A DNA stretch of 64,000 bases from a virus (lineage: Duplodnaviria; Caudoviricetes), in the IMG/VR virus record IMGVR_UViG_3300033121_000983, positions 1 through 64,000 of that record; one strand, written 5' to 3'. The translations under genes and the position numbers were made by a program. Within the stretch, counting starts at the first letter, position 1, and every line of letters starts with the position of its first letter. Under the pieces are notes generated by a model. That model was not told the DNA's origin. It searched no databases and saw only the letters and a program-made list of their open reading frames with translations. Positions 47,847 to 57,564 of the stretch are shown here, one piece after another.

Positions 47847-49045
47847 TAGTCACAGTCTGCCGCGTGGCAGGCCCCTTCTGGAAATTCTTCAGATCCGCAG
47901 ATCACGCCGAACGCCGCCGGGTTAATCGGGCGCTGGCCTTCAACACAGTTGCTGCCCAGGAAAACCCATCGACCCTGCTGGCAGTACCAGGCTCCGACGT
48001 TGCCAGGAATTAACAAATTCGATACAGCGCAGGCTTCTTCAATGGCCGCCGCTTCCGCGCACGCAATGCTGTCGGCAACTTCATCGTCGCTGATAACGTG
48101 GCAACCTGCCGATGATGAGACACCGACAGTAATGACCAATTTGTGCTCGTCGGGGCGCGCGTCGACGCGCACGCCGTCGCCGGCCTGAATCACGACGGAA
48201 CGCCCGGGTAACCCGTTAAAGCTACGCAGCACTTCGTTACAGCGCAGCCCGCCGTCCAGTGTATCGCGCTCAGCCGGCGGGATATCGCCGTCGTAGCGCG
48301 CAATCTCTTCGCAAGCTTCACCCGCGCCAGCGCCAACGCGCGCATTCAGCGTAATGCTGTTAGACGTTGCGTTAATGTCGACAGCCGCGTTATGTCCGTC
48401 TACAAACCGAATTGCCCCGTCCAGGCAATCAGCGGCTGTGTAGTAGGGTTGTTCCGGTACGAGCCACGTCAGGTCGTCACCGTTGTCAGCTGTCGCGCGT
48501 GTGCGTCCGGCGTTTGACAACGCCACCGCGCGTGAATAGTGCGCATAGAGACTCTGGATACATCCAGGTTCAATCGCTAGCTCATCCGGGTCGCTAATGA
48601 TGGTTTCGTCGGGCTCGATCCAGCTGTTGAGGCTTTCAGGCGTCATCGGGCCGAAGATCAGCTGCATTTCCCACGTTGTCGTTGTACCGCACGGCGATTC
48701 GTCCGTGATGGGGTTGATATCAGAACGGCTCTCCTGGATCGTGCCGTCAACCGTGATTGTGTTTACGACTTCGTACGCGTAGCCGCCCAGAATGTCCTCT
48801 GCCGGGGCGGTCACGCGCCACGTGAATGTCAGTTCGTCAGCGCCAACGCGTTCAACGCTGTAGAGCCACACTGTGTAAGTCGCGGCATCGTAGGCAAAAT
48901 CGACGCCAAAAATTACCTGTGCATCCAGCACGGTATCCAGCGGCATACGCGCGGCAAGGCTATGCACTGCCGGCGCGTCTAGCGCTGAACTCAAGAACGG
49001 ATACGCTCGCGCACCGTTGTCAACAAACCAATCGGTTGTAGCCAT
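47846..49045 (-). CDS. Putative tail/baseplate-associated protein (W-x3-N-x2-R-x-YP family)
   Basis: 'DWFVDNGARAYPF', 'RSFNGLPG'; Cys-rich C-terminus. Confidence 0.6.
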   Translation of the reverse strand: MATTDWFVDNGARAYPFLSSALDAPAVHSLAARMPLDTVLDAQVIFGVDFAYDAATYTVWLYSVERVGADELTFTWRVTAPAEDILGGYAYEVVNTITVDGTIQESRSDINPITDESPCGTTTTWEMQLIFGPMTPESLNSWIEPDETIISDPDELAIEPGCIQSLYAHYSRAVALSNAGRTRATADNGDDLTWLVPEQPYYTAADCLDGAIRFVDGHNAAVDINATSNSITLNARVGAGAGEACEEIARYDGDIPPAERDTLDGGLRCNEVLRSFNGLPGRSVVIQAGDGVRVDARPDEHKLVITVGVSSSAGCHVISDDEVADSIACAEAAAIEEACAVSNLLIPGNVGAWYCQQGRWVFLGSNCVEGQRPINPAAFGVICGSEEFPEGACHAADCD

Positions 49046-49046
49046 G

Positions 49047-49232
49047 TTACGGTGACGTACCTCGTAAGAACTGCGGAACCGGCGCCGGGAACGGCACCTC
49101 CGGGCAGTCGTGAATGGGATCCGGCGCGGCAGCGACAATACAGTCGTCGAGCTCGTCGAGGTACGGCCACTCGATCGCCTCGATCTCCGGCATGTCGCAG
49201 TCGTTAGGCGGGAACGCAGGTGTCGTCGCCAT
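49047..49232 (-). CDS. Small acidic/Pro-rich protein
   Basis: Fills the gap exactly; GAGG RBS. Confidence 0.5.
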   Translation of the reverse strand: MATTPAFPPNDCDMPEIEAIEWPYLDELDDCIVAAAPDPIHDCPEVPFPAPVPQFLRGTSP

Positions 49233-49234
49233 AA

Positions 49235-50080
49235 TCAACCCTCGCAGCCGCTAGCTGTTGTCAGCGCTAGCGTAACGGTACCGTCGGCACGCTCGAGTCG
49301 CAGAGAAGGGTCGTCGCTGAACTGCCGCGAGGCGGCGATGCGGATGTCGCCGCGGGCGTCCGGTGTTGCCAGGATCTCACGGCAACCTTGCTTGAACAGG
49401 ATTTGACGCACGAACTTAGGCGTTGTGAATTCGTCGCCCGCGCACGCAGCACGGCGGAAGAGCGCATCGCCGACGACGTTGACGGTGATTGTCGCGCAGG
49501 CCTTCGCAACCACCGCGCCCGTCACTTCGTCAACCGCCGGATAGGTCGATTCGCCGCCCGTCAGTACAATGCCGCGCTCGCCGACCATTAGAATCCGCCC
49601 GGTGAACACGCTGCCGTCATCAAGTACGAAGCCGCGAAACCCGACATCCGGCACGGTCACGCAGCAGGTCACGCAGAACTCCGTCGCGGCCGGCGAGAAG
49701 CTGCGCGTACCGTCCGACCATGTGCGCAGAAACGACAACCGCTCGCTCTCTGTGACCAGCGTTCCGGCGGCACGGCCGTAGTCGTCGTAGAACATCAACA
49801 CGTCTGGCAGGTCTGCCAAGTCAACAGTACAGCTTGCGCGCCGAACCACAGCCGCGTCGCCGATGACCAGCTCAGCCGTGTCGACACTCCGTGTGATCGA
49901 CGTTAGGCGCAACCGATCTGCCGCGCCAATGACGTGCAACGACGCGTCCAGGAACGCAGTCTCGGGGATAAAGTCACCGGTGTCGGCAGTCAGCGTCGCG
50001 TTGTCGACGAACGGATAGCGTGACAACGCGTGCTCGTCGCGCCACTCTGGTCGTCGTACGTCTGTAACGCTGGTGCCCAT
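49235..50080 (-). CDS. Putative tail-associated protein (same family)
   Basis: 'EWRDEHALSRYPF', 'TPDARGDI'. Confidence 0.6.
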   Translation of the reverse strand: MGTSVTDVRRPEWRDEHALSRYPFVDNATLTADTGDFIPETAFLDASLHVIGAADRLRLTSITRSVDTAELVIGDAAVVRRASCTVDLADLPDVLMFYDDYGRAAGTLVTESERLSFLRTWSDGTRSFSPAATEFCVTCCVTVPDVGFRGFVLDDGSVFTGRILMVGERGIVLTGGESTYPAVDEVTGAVVAKACATITVNVVGDALFRRAACAGDEFTTPKFVRQILFKQGCREILATPDARGDIRIAASRQFSDDPSLRLERADGTVTLALTTASGCEG

Positions 50081-50082
50081 GC

Positions 50083-50640
50083 TTATCCTCGGCGCATCTT
50101 ACGAAAGCGCTCACTGCGTGCAGCCGCGGCAGGCGCGGCATCGCGTAACGGATGGCCGAACTGCACGAAAGCATCCTCAATGAACAGTAGCTCGTTAGCA
50201 GCGAACTGCTGCCGCAGCTCACGTTTCGGCACCGCCAGCATTGCTGACAAGCACGTGTAGCGGCTGCCGTAGATCTTGTCACGCACCTGGCGCGGCAACC
50301 ACTCCATGAAGTCGTCCCACTGCTTATCCAGCTCGGGCAGTTCGACTGCGCGCAGCACGGGGCGCGGCGGCTTCGGGCGCAGCGGTCGGTTGATGATCTC
50401 TTCGTCCGACAGTGCGGGCGGCGGGACAGGCATCGCGTCGAACGCTGAATGCGCTTCCGTCGGCGTAAAAGACAACGTATCGACCGGGATCGGCGCGTTA
50501 ATGTCGACGATCTCTGTGGTCGGTTTTTGCGCCGCTTTCTGCAAGAAAGCTTCATCCACGACACGGACGCCGGCAGCGGGCGGTAAGTCTCCGGTCAACG
50601 TGGATAACGCAACGGCGCGGGAGCTGAGTTTTCGCGGCAC
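50083..50640 (-). CDS. Hypothetical protein with RNAP alpha-CTD-like C-terminus
   Basis: 'LPRQVRDKI..CLSAML..ELRQ..ELLFIEDAFVQFGHPL'; AAGGA RBS. Confidence 0.55.
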   Translation of the reverse strand: MPRKLSSRAVALSTLTGDLPPAAGVRVVDEAFLQKAAQKPTTEIVDINAPIPVDTLSFTPTEAHSAFDAMPVPPPALSDEEIINRPLRPKPPRPVLRAVELPELDKQWDDFMEWLPRQVRDKIYGSRYTCLSAMLAVPKRELRQQFAANELLFIEDAFVQFGHPLRDAAPAAAARSERFRKMRRG

Positions 50641-50651
50641 ATTGATTCCTT

Positions 50652-52433
50652 CTAAACACCAGGATATTCGATGGCGTCGATAGCGAACTCATAAAATACG
50701 GTATTGGGATACGCCGTGGCAACTCCGGCCGCGAGGCTCTCCGGCGATAGGCAGCGCGTCTCCCCGCCTTTACCGACGATCAGACCTGCCTGGCCCACGG
50801 CGCGCTGCTCCAGCACGGTCGTTGGGTCTTTTAACAGCTCTACGGTCGTGAAACAGAAGAAGCGGCGCTGTGAATCGTCGTCGACATCGGGATCAGGCCA
50901 AATTGACGCCGTCAGCCGCACCAGCGAGCCCGATACAAACGGAGCTTCCGTGAGCGGCGTGTGGCGTAGCACGTGATCGATGCCGTCTGTATCGCGGTAG
51001 CCGTACACGCAACCCGGCACATAGCCATCGGGCAGGCCTTGGTGCGACGGACCGCCGTCGAAGTACAGCTCGCAGTAATGGTAGTCGCCAGCGTCACCGA
51101 TGCCGAACATCAGACGCGCGTTACCGACGACGTAGCACACCGTGCTGAACTTGCGATAGTGTGGAATGGTCGGCACCGCATACACTGCGGTGACCTCGTC
51201 ATAATCAGTCGATTCAAGTGTGCTGGCGTTAATAGCCGGCTCACGTGCAAACGGATTAAACGTGCCGTCATCCCACGCGTTGACCGCCCATGTGCCCGCT
51301 AGTGTCCAGTCGTACGGGGTCGCGCTGCCCTCGAAGTATGAACGCGACGGCGTCAATGCACTGCGGTAAGTCGTGAACTCTGTGACGTCGAAGCGCGGCG
51401 CAATCCGCAATCGCGGCGGATCGCAGTCACCCGGGATAGACTCTTCGGGCAGCACGATCGAGCTGACTACGCACAGCTCTTCGAGTTCTGACGGCAACCG
51501 GCCATCACGACTCGGTAGAGCAGCCGCAGTGCCGCAGGTTTCCGTAAGCGCCAGTGGGCTGTCGACCAGCACGCCGACCGCCTCTGCGGAGCTCACAACC
51601 TCGCCAGTGTCGTCGAGCACGACTTCTTCCACAATTTCGGCCAACGCGGCAGCACCACGAAACTCAATCGTGACAATACCGTCGGCATCTGGGCCAACGC
51701 CGGAAATTGTTTCCACCGGTTGCGGATCCGCACAAGTGCCTGACTCCGGCCGCCGCCCGCATGGACCTACGTATTTCGCCAGTAAGTTTCGCGATTCCCG
51801 TGGGTCGCTTTTCAGTCGCACTACGACGCAGCGCACGGCTCCGGCATCGTCGCAGCGCGTCGTATCCGAACTCGATGAGAAACCGGTGATTTCGCGGCAT
51901 GCGCCGACAACCTCGATGTCTGCGCCGCCGCGTAATCGCACCAACCCAGTCAACGAGGCGTTATTGCCCAGTTTACCGACAGACGGGATGGGCATGTCGC
52001 GATAGTCGCGACACACGCGCCGCAACAAGCGCGACTGCGCTGGCGACGTAAACCGTCCGCGATAGTTCAGTGCATCGCGCAAGGCCGGCCCAAACACCAC
52101 CCACCCCGCCACGCCTGCTGCCATAGGCGTAACGGCGTACATGCGGCCCGCGGCAGCCGTGCGCGGCAACGTCAGCGCTGCCAGCGGCACGTAAGTGCTG
52201 GCGCTGTCAGGCGCGTCTGCGGCCAGGATCACGATCGATACCAGCTTGTCGGTTAGCGTCAGCCCGCCGAGAAATGCGTACTCGCCAAGGCTGCGCGGAA
52301 AATGCAAACGCGCGTCGATCAGCAGATGCGTTGGGACTGTTGTACCCTCATCGTCGCGACAAGACGCGAGCTCATCCAGCGGATAATGCCGGCCTGCGTT
52401 TTTGTCGTACCAGCCTTGGTTCGTGACTGACAT
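50652..52433 (-). CDS. Putative tail-associated protein (same family) with beta-rich C-domain
   Basis: 'GWYDKNAGRHYPL', 'TISGVGPDADG'. Confidence 0.6.
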   Translation of the reverse strand: MSVTNQGWYDKNAGRHYPLDELASCRDDEGTTVPTHLLIDARLHFPRSLGEYAFLGGLTLTDKLVSIVILAADAPDSASTYVPLAALTLPRTAAAGRMYAVTPMAAGVAGWVVFGPALRDALNYRGRFTSPAQSRLLRRVCRDYRDMPIPSVGKLGNNASLTGLVRLRGGADIEVVGACREITGFSSSSDTTRCDDAGAVRCVVVRLKSDPRESRNLLAKYVGPCGRRPESGTCADPQPVETISGVGPDADGIVTIEFRGAAALAEIVEEVVLDDTGEVVSSAEAVGVLVDSPLALTETCGTAAALPSRDGRLPSELEELCVVSSIVLPEESIPGDCDPPRLRIAPRFDVTEFTTYRSALTPSRSYFEGSATPYDWTLAGTWAVNAWDDGTFNPFAREPAINASTLESTDYDEVTAVYAVPTIPHYRKFSTVCYVVGNARLMFGIGDAGDYHYCELYFDGGPSHQGLPDGYVPGCVYGYRDTDGIDHVLRHTPLTEAPFVSGSLVRLTASIWPDPDVDDDSQRRFFCFTTVELLKDPTTVLEQRAVGQAGLIVGKGGETRCLSPESLAAGVATAYPNTVFYEFAIDAIEYPGV

Positions 52434-52450
52434 GAGTAGAGTACCATTGG

Positions 52451-53626
52451 TTAAGTGCCAGCGTGCCGTGCGCGCTCAATGGCTGTGCGCACCGTAGCTG
52501 GCTCGACCTGCAGCCAGCTCACCAGTGTATCAAAATTTGCGTCACAGCGCTGAGAGCCCCACAGGTTCATCAGGCGCAGGTATTTGCGCACCGTGGGAGT
52601 AACGCCGCCAGCCGTTTGCATTAACAGCCGTTCCAGTTCCACCCCCGGTCCCGGTTGATTTAGCGGATCAATAAGCGAAGCAGGCTCTGTCACCGCCGGC
52701 GTAGAGATAAGTAGATCACGAGCCGCCAGCCCGGCGTCTGTGCAGCCGACACGCCCAAGTAACAGATCCCACGTAGTCGCAGAGATACGTCCAGGTTGCA
52801 CGTGCGCGGCTTTGACTCCTGCATATGTCATGTAGGGGTTCGGCTGCAGATCGCGCACGTAGCGCAAGTAGTTCAAGCCTCGCGAGGTCCAGCGTGCGTC
52901 GTACGGCGTACGTACGCCGCGCGCAGTGTCGCCGTGCGGGCGAAAACAGTGATTCCAGCGCCACCAGGGGATAACCATCACCTTGCGCCGCATTTCTAGG
53001 TAACGCAGTGTCAACCAACCCTCGGCCCCGAAGCCCGCTTGTTCTGGATGAAAGCCGAGAAACGTTGATGTACGTGCTGCGAACAACCCGGCCCCGCTGT
53101 GTTGAATCTGCACCGGGCGAGGGCTGTTCATGATGTCTTGCGACACCTGCGATCGGCCAAACAGCCCGTCACGGCCGAACTCAGGTTTCCAGTGTGTCCA
53201 GACCGGCTTGATCTTTCCGTGTTTGTCGACAATCGAGTCGCTCAAACAGACGCCGAAGAACAGCTCATCGCCAGCGTTATCGAGCAGGTAATTCACCACA
53301 CGCGGCAGTTGGTCGTAGTCGTACTGCGTGACGTGCGAATCCATGACGATAGTGATCTCGCCCAGCGCCTCTTTCATAATCAGATTGCGCGGGGCGCCCG
53401 TGCTTGTCGGTTCTTTAAGCGGTAGGTAGCGTCCGAAGTAGTTACTACGCACGCGTTGTTCGATCCAACCGCCCGCGTAATCGGGCTGATTATCGCAGAC
53501 CACAAGTTCGACAAGCTCGTTGAGGTTGTTACGGACAATCGCCTTACGCAGGTCGACGAGCGTAGCCCACAGACCCGTGTAATCTTCGTACGTCGGGATG
53601 CCGATAGTTACGCGTGGTTTCGTCAC
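52451..53626 (-). CDS. GT-A glycosyltransferase resembling polypeptide GalNAc-transferase
   Basis: 'TIGIPTYED', 'VMDSHV' (DxH), 'GAGLFA', 'GFGAE', 'HCFRP..PY'. Confidence 0.8.
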   Translation of the reverse strand: MTKPRVTIGIPTYEDYTGLWATLVDLRKAIVRNNLNELVELVVCDNQPDYAGGWIEQRVRSNYFGRYLPLKEPTSTGAPRNLIMKEALGEITIVMDSHVTQYDYDQLPRVVNYLLDNAGDELFFGVCLSDSIVDKHGKIKPVWTHWKPEFGRDGLFGRSQVSQDIMNSPRPVQIQHSGAGLFAARTSTFLGFHPEQAGFGAEGWLTLRYLEMRRKVMVIPWWRWNHCFRPHGDTARGVRTPYDARWTSRGLNYLRYVRDLQPNPYMTYAGVKAAHVQPGRISATTWDLLLGRVGCTDAGLAARDLLISTPAVTEPASLIDPLNQPGPGVELERLLMQTAGGVTPTVRKYLRLMNLWGSQRCDANFDTLVSWLQVEPATVRTAIERARHAGT

Positions 53627-53635
53627 CGTCGTGGC

Positions 53636-54799
53636 CTAGAGCGGGGCGTCGTAAATGCAGATCCCGCCGCCGTCGCACGAGTTCATGCTGGGAATGATCG
53701 TGACGGGCAGCGCATCCCAGTAGACTAAAAATGAGCTACCATCGCAAACCACCACCGCGGCGTGGCCTGATCCGGCACCGGTCCACTGCACGCCGTCCCA
53801 AGTCGCTGCGACAACATCGGCGCCGTTATAGACGTAAATTACCGACCCCGCGTAGCAGCCATGGTCACCCGTAGAGCCGCCACCGCCGGTCGAGCCACCG
53901 CCACCGCCCGTGGTAGGCGGCATAGTAGAACCGCCGCCACCGGTCGTGGGTGGCATGGTCGTAGGCGCGATCGTGGTCGAACCGCCGCCCGTAGTGGGCG
54001 GCATAGTTGTCGGCGCAATCGTGGTAGAGCCGCCGCCGGTAGTACCAGCACTGGTCGTAGGCGCAGCTGTCGTCGTAGAACCACCGCCCGTCGTACCTGC
54101 GCTGGTGGTCGGCGCGGCTGTTGTAGTAGAACCAGGCCCAGTAGTTCCTGCGCTGGTGGTCGGCGCGGCTGTTGTCGTGGAGCCTGGGCCAGTCGTGCCC
54201 GCGCTTGTCGTAGGTGCGGCGGTTGTACCCATGCTGGTCGGTGGGCATACGCCAGGCCCGCACGCTGAGCTGACCAACTGCCAGACTTTAGTCATACCAG
54301 AGAGTACGACCTTGTAAGTGCAAGTGCCGCAGCAATCGGACGTCGGCGCGGACGTAGTCGTTGGCGCCGCTGTTGTCGAACCGCCCGTTCCGCCTGTCGG
54401 AGGGGACGACGAGCAGTCCTCTGCAGTGGATACCAGCTCAACCGTCGCAGGGATCGTGAGGTCTGGATCCGGCGGACTGGTTAGCGCGAACGTGACCGAG
54501 TCGCCGTACGTCGATGGCAGCGCACCAGTGTAGCCGTAGGTTGTACTTTTTGAGCAGCCGTCAACGTCGTTACGCACGGTAAACAGTAGCGTCCACGACC
54601 CCATAGATGACGTCAGCGTCATCGTAAGGTACGTGTTGTCGGCATCGAGCTCGGACGTACCGCCGCAGATGCTGCCGGAATCCGCTAGGTACACCCAGCG
54701 ACCAGGAATCGGATCACCTGAGCAAAACCCCGGCGTGGCGTTAGCGATGTCGGAAACGTAAACAGCGTAGCAGCTGCCGAAAATGCACGGTGATGGCAT
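53636..54799 (-). CDS. Mucin-like Thr/Gly/Pro-repeat, Cys-rich protein (putative virion appendage)
   Basis: TTTAAPTTSAGTTGxGS repeats between Cys-rich beta domains. Confidence 0.75.
   Translation of the reverse strand: MPSPCIFGSCYAVYVSDIANATPGFCSGDPIPGRWVYLADSGSICGGTSELDADNTYLTMTLTSSMGSWTLLFTVRNDVDGCSKSTTYGYTGALPSTYGDSVTFALTSPPDPDLTIPATVELVSTAEDCSSSPPTGGTGGSTTAAPTTTSAPTSDCCGTCTYKVVLSGMTKVWQLVSSACGPGVCPPTSMGTTAAPTTSAGTTGPGSTTTAAPTTSAGTTGPGSTTTAAPTTSAGTTGGGSTTTAAPTTSAGTTGGGSTTIAPTTMPPTTGGGSTTIAPTTMPPTTGGGGSTMPPTTGGGGGSTGGGGSTGDHGCYAGSVIYVYNGADVVAATWDGVQWTGAGSGHAAVVVCDGSSFLVYWDALPVTIIPSMNSCDGGGICIYDAPL
53870..54230 (-). repeat. Tandem 16-17-codon Thr-rich repeats
   Basis: 4x TTAAPTTSAGTTG(P/G)GS, 2x TTIAPTTMPPTTGGG, then partial units. 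Confidence 0.9.
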
Positions 54800-54816
54800 C
54801 GCAACCCCCCTCTACG

Positions 54817-57561
54817 CTACGGCGCCACGCAAGTTACCGAGATAGTAGCGGCCGTCGGGCCTGTGTAGGGGTCGCTGACACCGCCAGCTGGGCCGGCCAC
54901 GGCGCTGTCAAACGTGTAGGTCCCGACGCAGCTGTTACCGCCCGACTTAACGTACGTGGCGTAGATGTAGTAGTACAGCCAACCGGCGCCCTCGGTAAAT
55001 TGCGCCATGCCGATGGTAACAACAGCTTCCCATGTGCCTGGCGTCGCGCAAGACAATGTACCAGCCAGCCCGGCCACGGCTCCGCTGTAGTACAGCCTGT
55101 CGTCCGGTGCGTCGTACAGTGTGTATAGCCCGGTGCCGACGCCAGCGTAAGCTGCGTAACCGGTTTCTTCGTCGTCAAACTCGTCTGGTACAGTCACATA
55201 AGCCGGACCGTCGCAACACAAACAGCTCTCAGCAGAGGCCCCTGTCGTGGAACCATTCGCGTCTGATGTCGTGCTGCCGCCGGTCGTGCCGCCGCCGGTC
55301 GTACCGCTACCGGTCGTACTACCGCCGCCAGCCACACATGGGATTTCGATCGTGTCGTCGACCGCATACCCCGACGGATCTGGCAGCGCGGTTTCATCGC
55401 ACGCACATAGCGGCTCGTCGCAGCTCACCTCACTGGCGGCGATATTCGACGGCCAGTCTTCGAGCGCAATACCGGTGCCGGTGACAGATTCCGCAATCAG
55501 CGTATACGAGCCCGCGCATGTTGCCGACGAGTAGATGGCCGTAGACGGACAAAGGTTGAGATCCGTATCGGTAATTACGATGCTGAACCGCCACGTACCA
55601 TCCAGCTCGTGCGAAAGCGTCATCGTCATGTGCGGATCAGCGGCCGCAATTCCTGCGGAACTGCCGCAGTCGATCGCTAGTTCTTCCGCAGTTAGACGCC
55701 CGATGAACGGTCCGCGTGTTTGCGGCAATGCACCGCAGCCTGGGCCGCCGCCGAAGCTCACTTCCGGGAATAAGAATTCCAAGCAATTAACGACGGTACA
55801 AGCTTCGCAAGCAAGCGTACCGGTGGTGCCGGTGGTCCCTGTAGTCCCTGTCGTGCCAGTAGTGCCGGTAGTGGTGGGTACGATGCCGTCAACGCAGCCG
55901 CTCTTGAGTACGACGATCTTCTTTACCGGGCAGTCAATCAGACGATACTGCAGCGACTCTTCTGACGGTCCGCTGCCCGGCACGTAGCCCGGCACGGGCG
56001 AACCGTCGCCCGCGTCTTCGACAACCGGCAGTTCATAAGCGTCGGCAACCAGGCGCATTTTAGCGCCGGCTTCGCATTCTGCGTCGTCGATGTCCAGCGA
56101 GAATGAAATGTAACCCTGTCCGCGCGCGGGGATGTATGGCAGCATCCCCCAGTAGTGCGGGTAGGTACCGTGCATCTTGTAAACTTCGCGCGAAATCGGA
56201 CGGCGAATCGCGGGGTTGATGTACCCACCGCGGAACACGGAGTTACAGTTAACTGAAACTACGTCTGCGGTAGACGGGTGCGATGTCGCTGTGATGTTTC
56301 CGCAACCACCCTCCTCTACGCTGCCCGCATCTGCACTGGCGGAGTCGTCGTACTCGAAGCTGACGTGTACAACGACGTTATGCACACAGTCGTCGGACTG
56401 GTTACAGTACGCAACGGTCACACCAACTTGGCAAGGACTGTAAGAGGCCGTCGTTACCTGCAGCCGCGGCGCGTCTTCGCGGCACTGCTTTTGTTCGATA
56501 AATCGCTGGCGATTTTCGACGTACAATTCGCGCGTAGCAGTCAACTGCTGCCAAGCGGTGTTCGCGCGCTCGACCAGGCGTCGCAGCGCTTCATACACCG
56601 CTGCGTAGTCTTCGCAGCGACAGTTAGGCCCGCAGTTACCGAACAGGCGCAGCCCCTGCTGTACGCGAACCTTGCGCGCTTGAGTAACGCTTTCCTCGGC
56701 CATTACGCTAACCGTGTCGCGTTCCGCGGTGTAGCAACCGGTCGCGGTGATGCGCAGATCGCGCCGGGCGTCCGGCGCTACACCGGCGATGCGCCGAATC
56801 GCAGGTGCGACATCCGTACAATCTGCTGGCACGCGGCCTTCGCCTTTGCCCGGCGTGAAATCAAGTTTCAGCGACGTCTGTCGGCGTCGACGCGTCGTTT
56901 TGGTTGTTGATGTAATAGAGGTGTTGTAGCCGCTGATCAGTACGACTTGACCAGTCAGCGCGGGCTGTCCCTGCACGCGAATGCTGCGCATGCGCGGCGG
57001 CGTACGACAGTACGAACGAGGATCCAGGTAGGCGTCGACGGGCTCCAGGTAGTTCGGCTGCACGATCGGCGTGATGCTGTCCGCCCATGCCGTTGCATGT
57101 ACGACCTGCAGCGCCCAATCGGGCCCGATCCACTCGCAGATCAGCTGATGCTCAGTCCAAGCACGTTCGCGGTAGGTGACTGACTCGCCGCCGGTAGAGA
57201 TAACGACGTTATCGTCGGCGTCGACAATGCAGAGATCCCGATCGTGCGACACTTCCGAATCGTCCGGCACATCGACGTCGTAACAACCAAACCCATACAG
57301 CCACGCCAACCGTAACGGTTCCACGTAAGCTCGCCCATCATCCGCGTAAGTTAGCGCGAGATCGGCGATCATCGAGTGGACACTGTCCCCAGCGTCCGCA
57401 ATAAACGGATAAAGCGAACCACCCAGCGGCTGATTCACGCCGATTGGAATGTGACCGTACGGATGCGACTCGTGCTCGCACGTTACCGGCCCGGTGGCAG
57501 CCGCGCTGGCGAAGTATTTCGCCGCAAAGTACTGCCCAGCGTAATAGGGTGGCGTAAACAT
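54817..57561 (-). CDS. Large putative tail fibre/baseplate protein, Cys-rich with Thr-Thr-Gly tracts
   Basis: 'GSLYPF', 'RIAGVAPDARRD', 'CGPNCRCED' plus coiled coil; tandem TTG tripeptide repeats. Confidence 0.65.
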   Translation of the reverse strand: MFTPPYYAGQYFAAKYFASAAATGPVTCEHESHPYGHIPIGVNQPLGGSLYPFIADAGDSVHSMIADLALTYADDGRAYVEPLRLAWLYGFGCYDVDVPDDSEVSHDRDLCIVDADDNVVISTGGESVTYRERAWTEHQLICEWIGPDWALQVVHATAWADSITPIVQPNYLEPVDAYLDPRSYCRTPPRMRSIRVQGQPALTGQVVLISGYNTSITSTTKTTRRRRQTSLKLDFTPGKGEGRVPADCTDVAPAIRRIAGVAPDARRDLRITATGCYTAERDTVSVMAEESVTQARKVRVQQGLRLFGNCGPNCRCEDYAAVYEALRRLVERANTAWQQLTATRELYVENRQRFIEQKQCREDAPRLQVTTASYSPCQVGVTVAYCNQSDDCVHNVVVHVSFEYDDSASADAGSVEEGGCGNITATSHPSTADVVSVNCNSVFRGGYINPAIRRPISREVYKMHGTYPHYWGMLPYIPARGQGYISFSLDIDDAECEAGAKMRLVADAYELPVVEDAGDGSPVPGYVPGSGPSEESLQYRLIDCPVKKIVVLKSGCVDGIVPTTTGTTGTTGTTGTTGTTGTLACEACTVVNCLEFLFPEVSFGGGPGCGALPQTRGPFIGRLTAEELAIDCGSSAGIAAADPHMTMTLSHELDGTWRFSIVITDTDLNLCPSTAIYSSATCAGSYTLIAESVTGTGIALEDWPSNIAASEVSCDEPLCACDETALPDPSGYAVDDTIEIPCVAGGGSTTGSGTTGGGTTGGSTTSDANGSTTGASAESCLCCDGPAYVTVPDEFDDEETGYAAYAGVGTGLYTLYDAPDDRLYYSGAVAGLAGTLSCATPGTWEAVVTIGMAQFTEGAGWLYYYIYATYVKSGGNSCVGTYTFDSAVAGPAGGVSDPYTGPTAATISVTCVAP

Positions 57562-57564
57562 GGG

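Noticed and set aside
53870-54230. ~50-bp repeats as CRISPR or DGR template/variable repeats
   Set aside because: Variation is mainly at synonymous positions rather than adenine-specific; no reverse transcriptase in the window.
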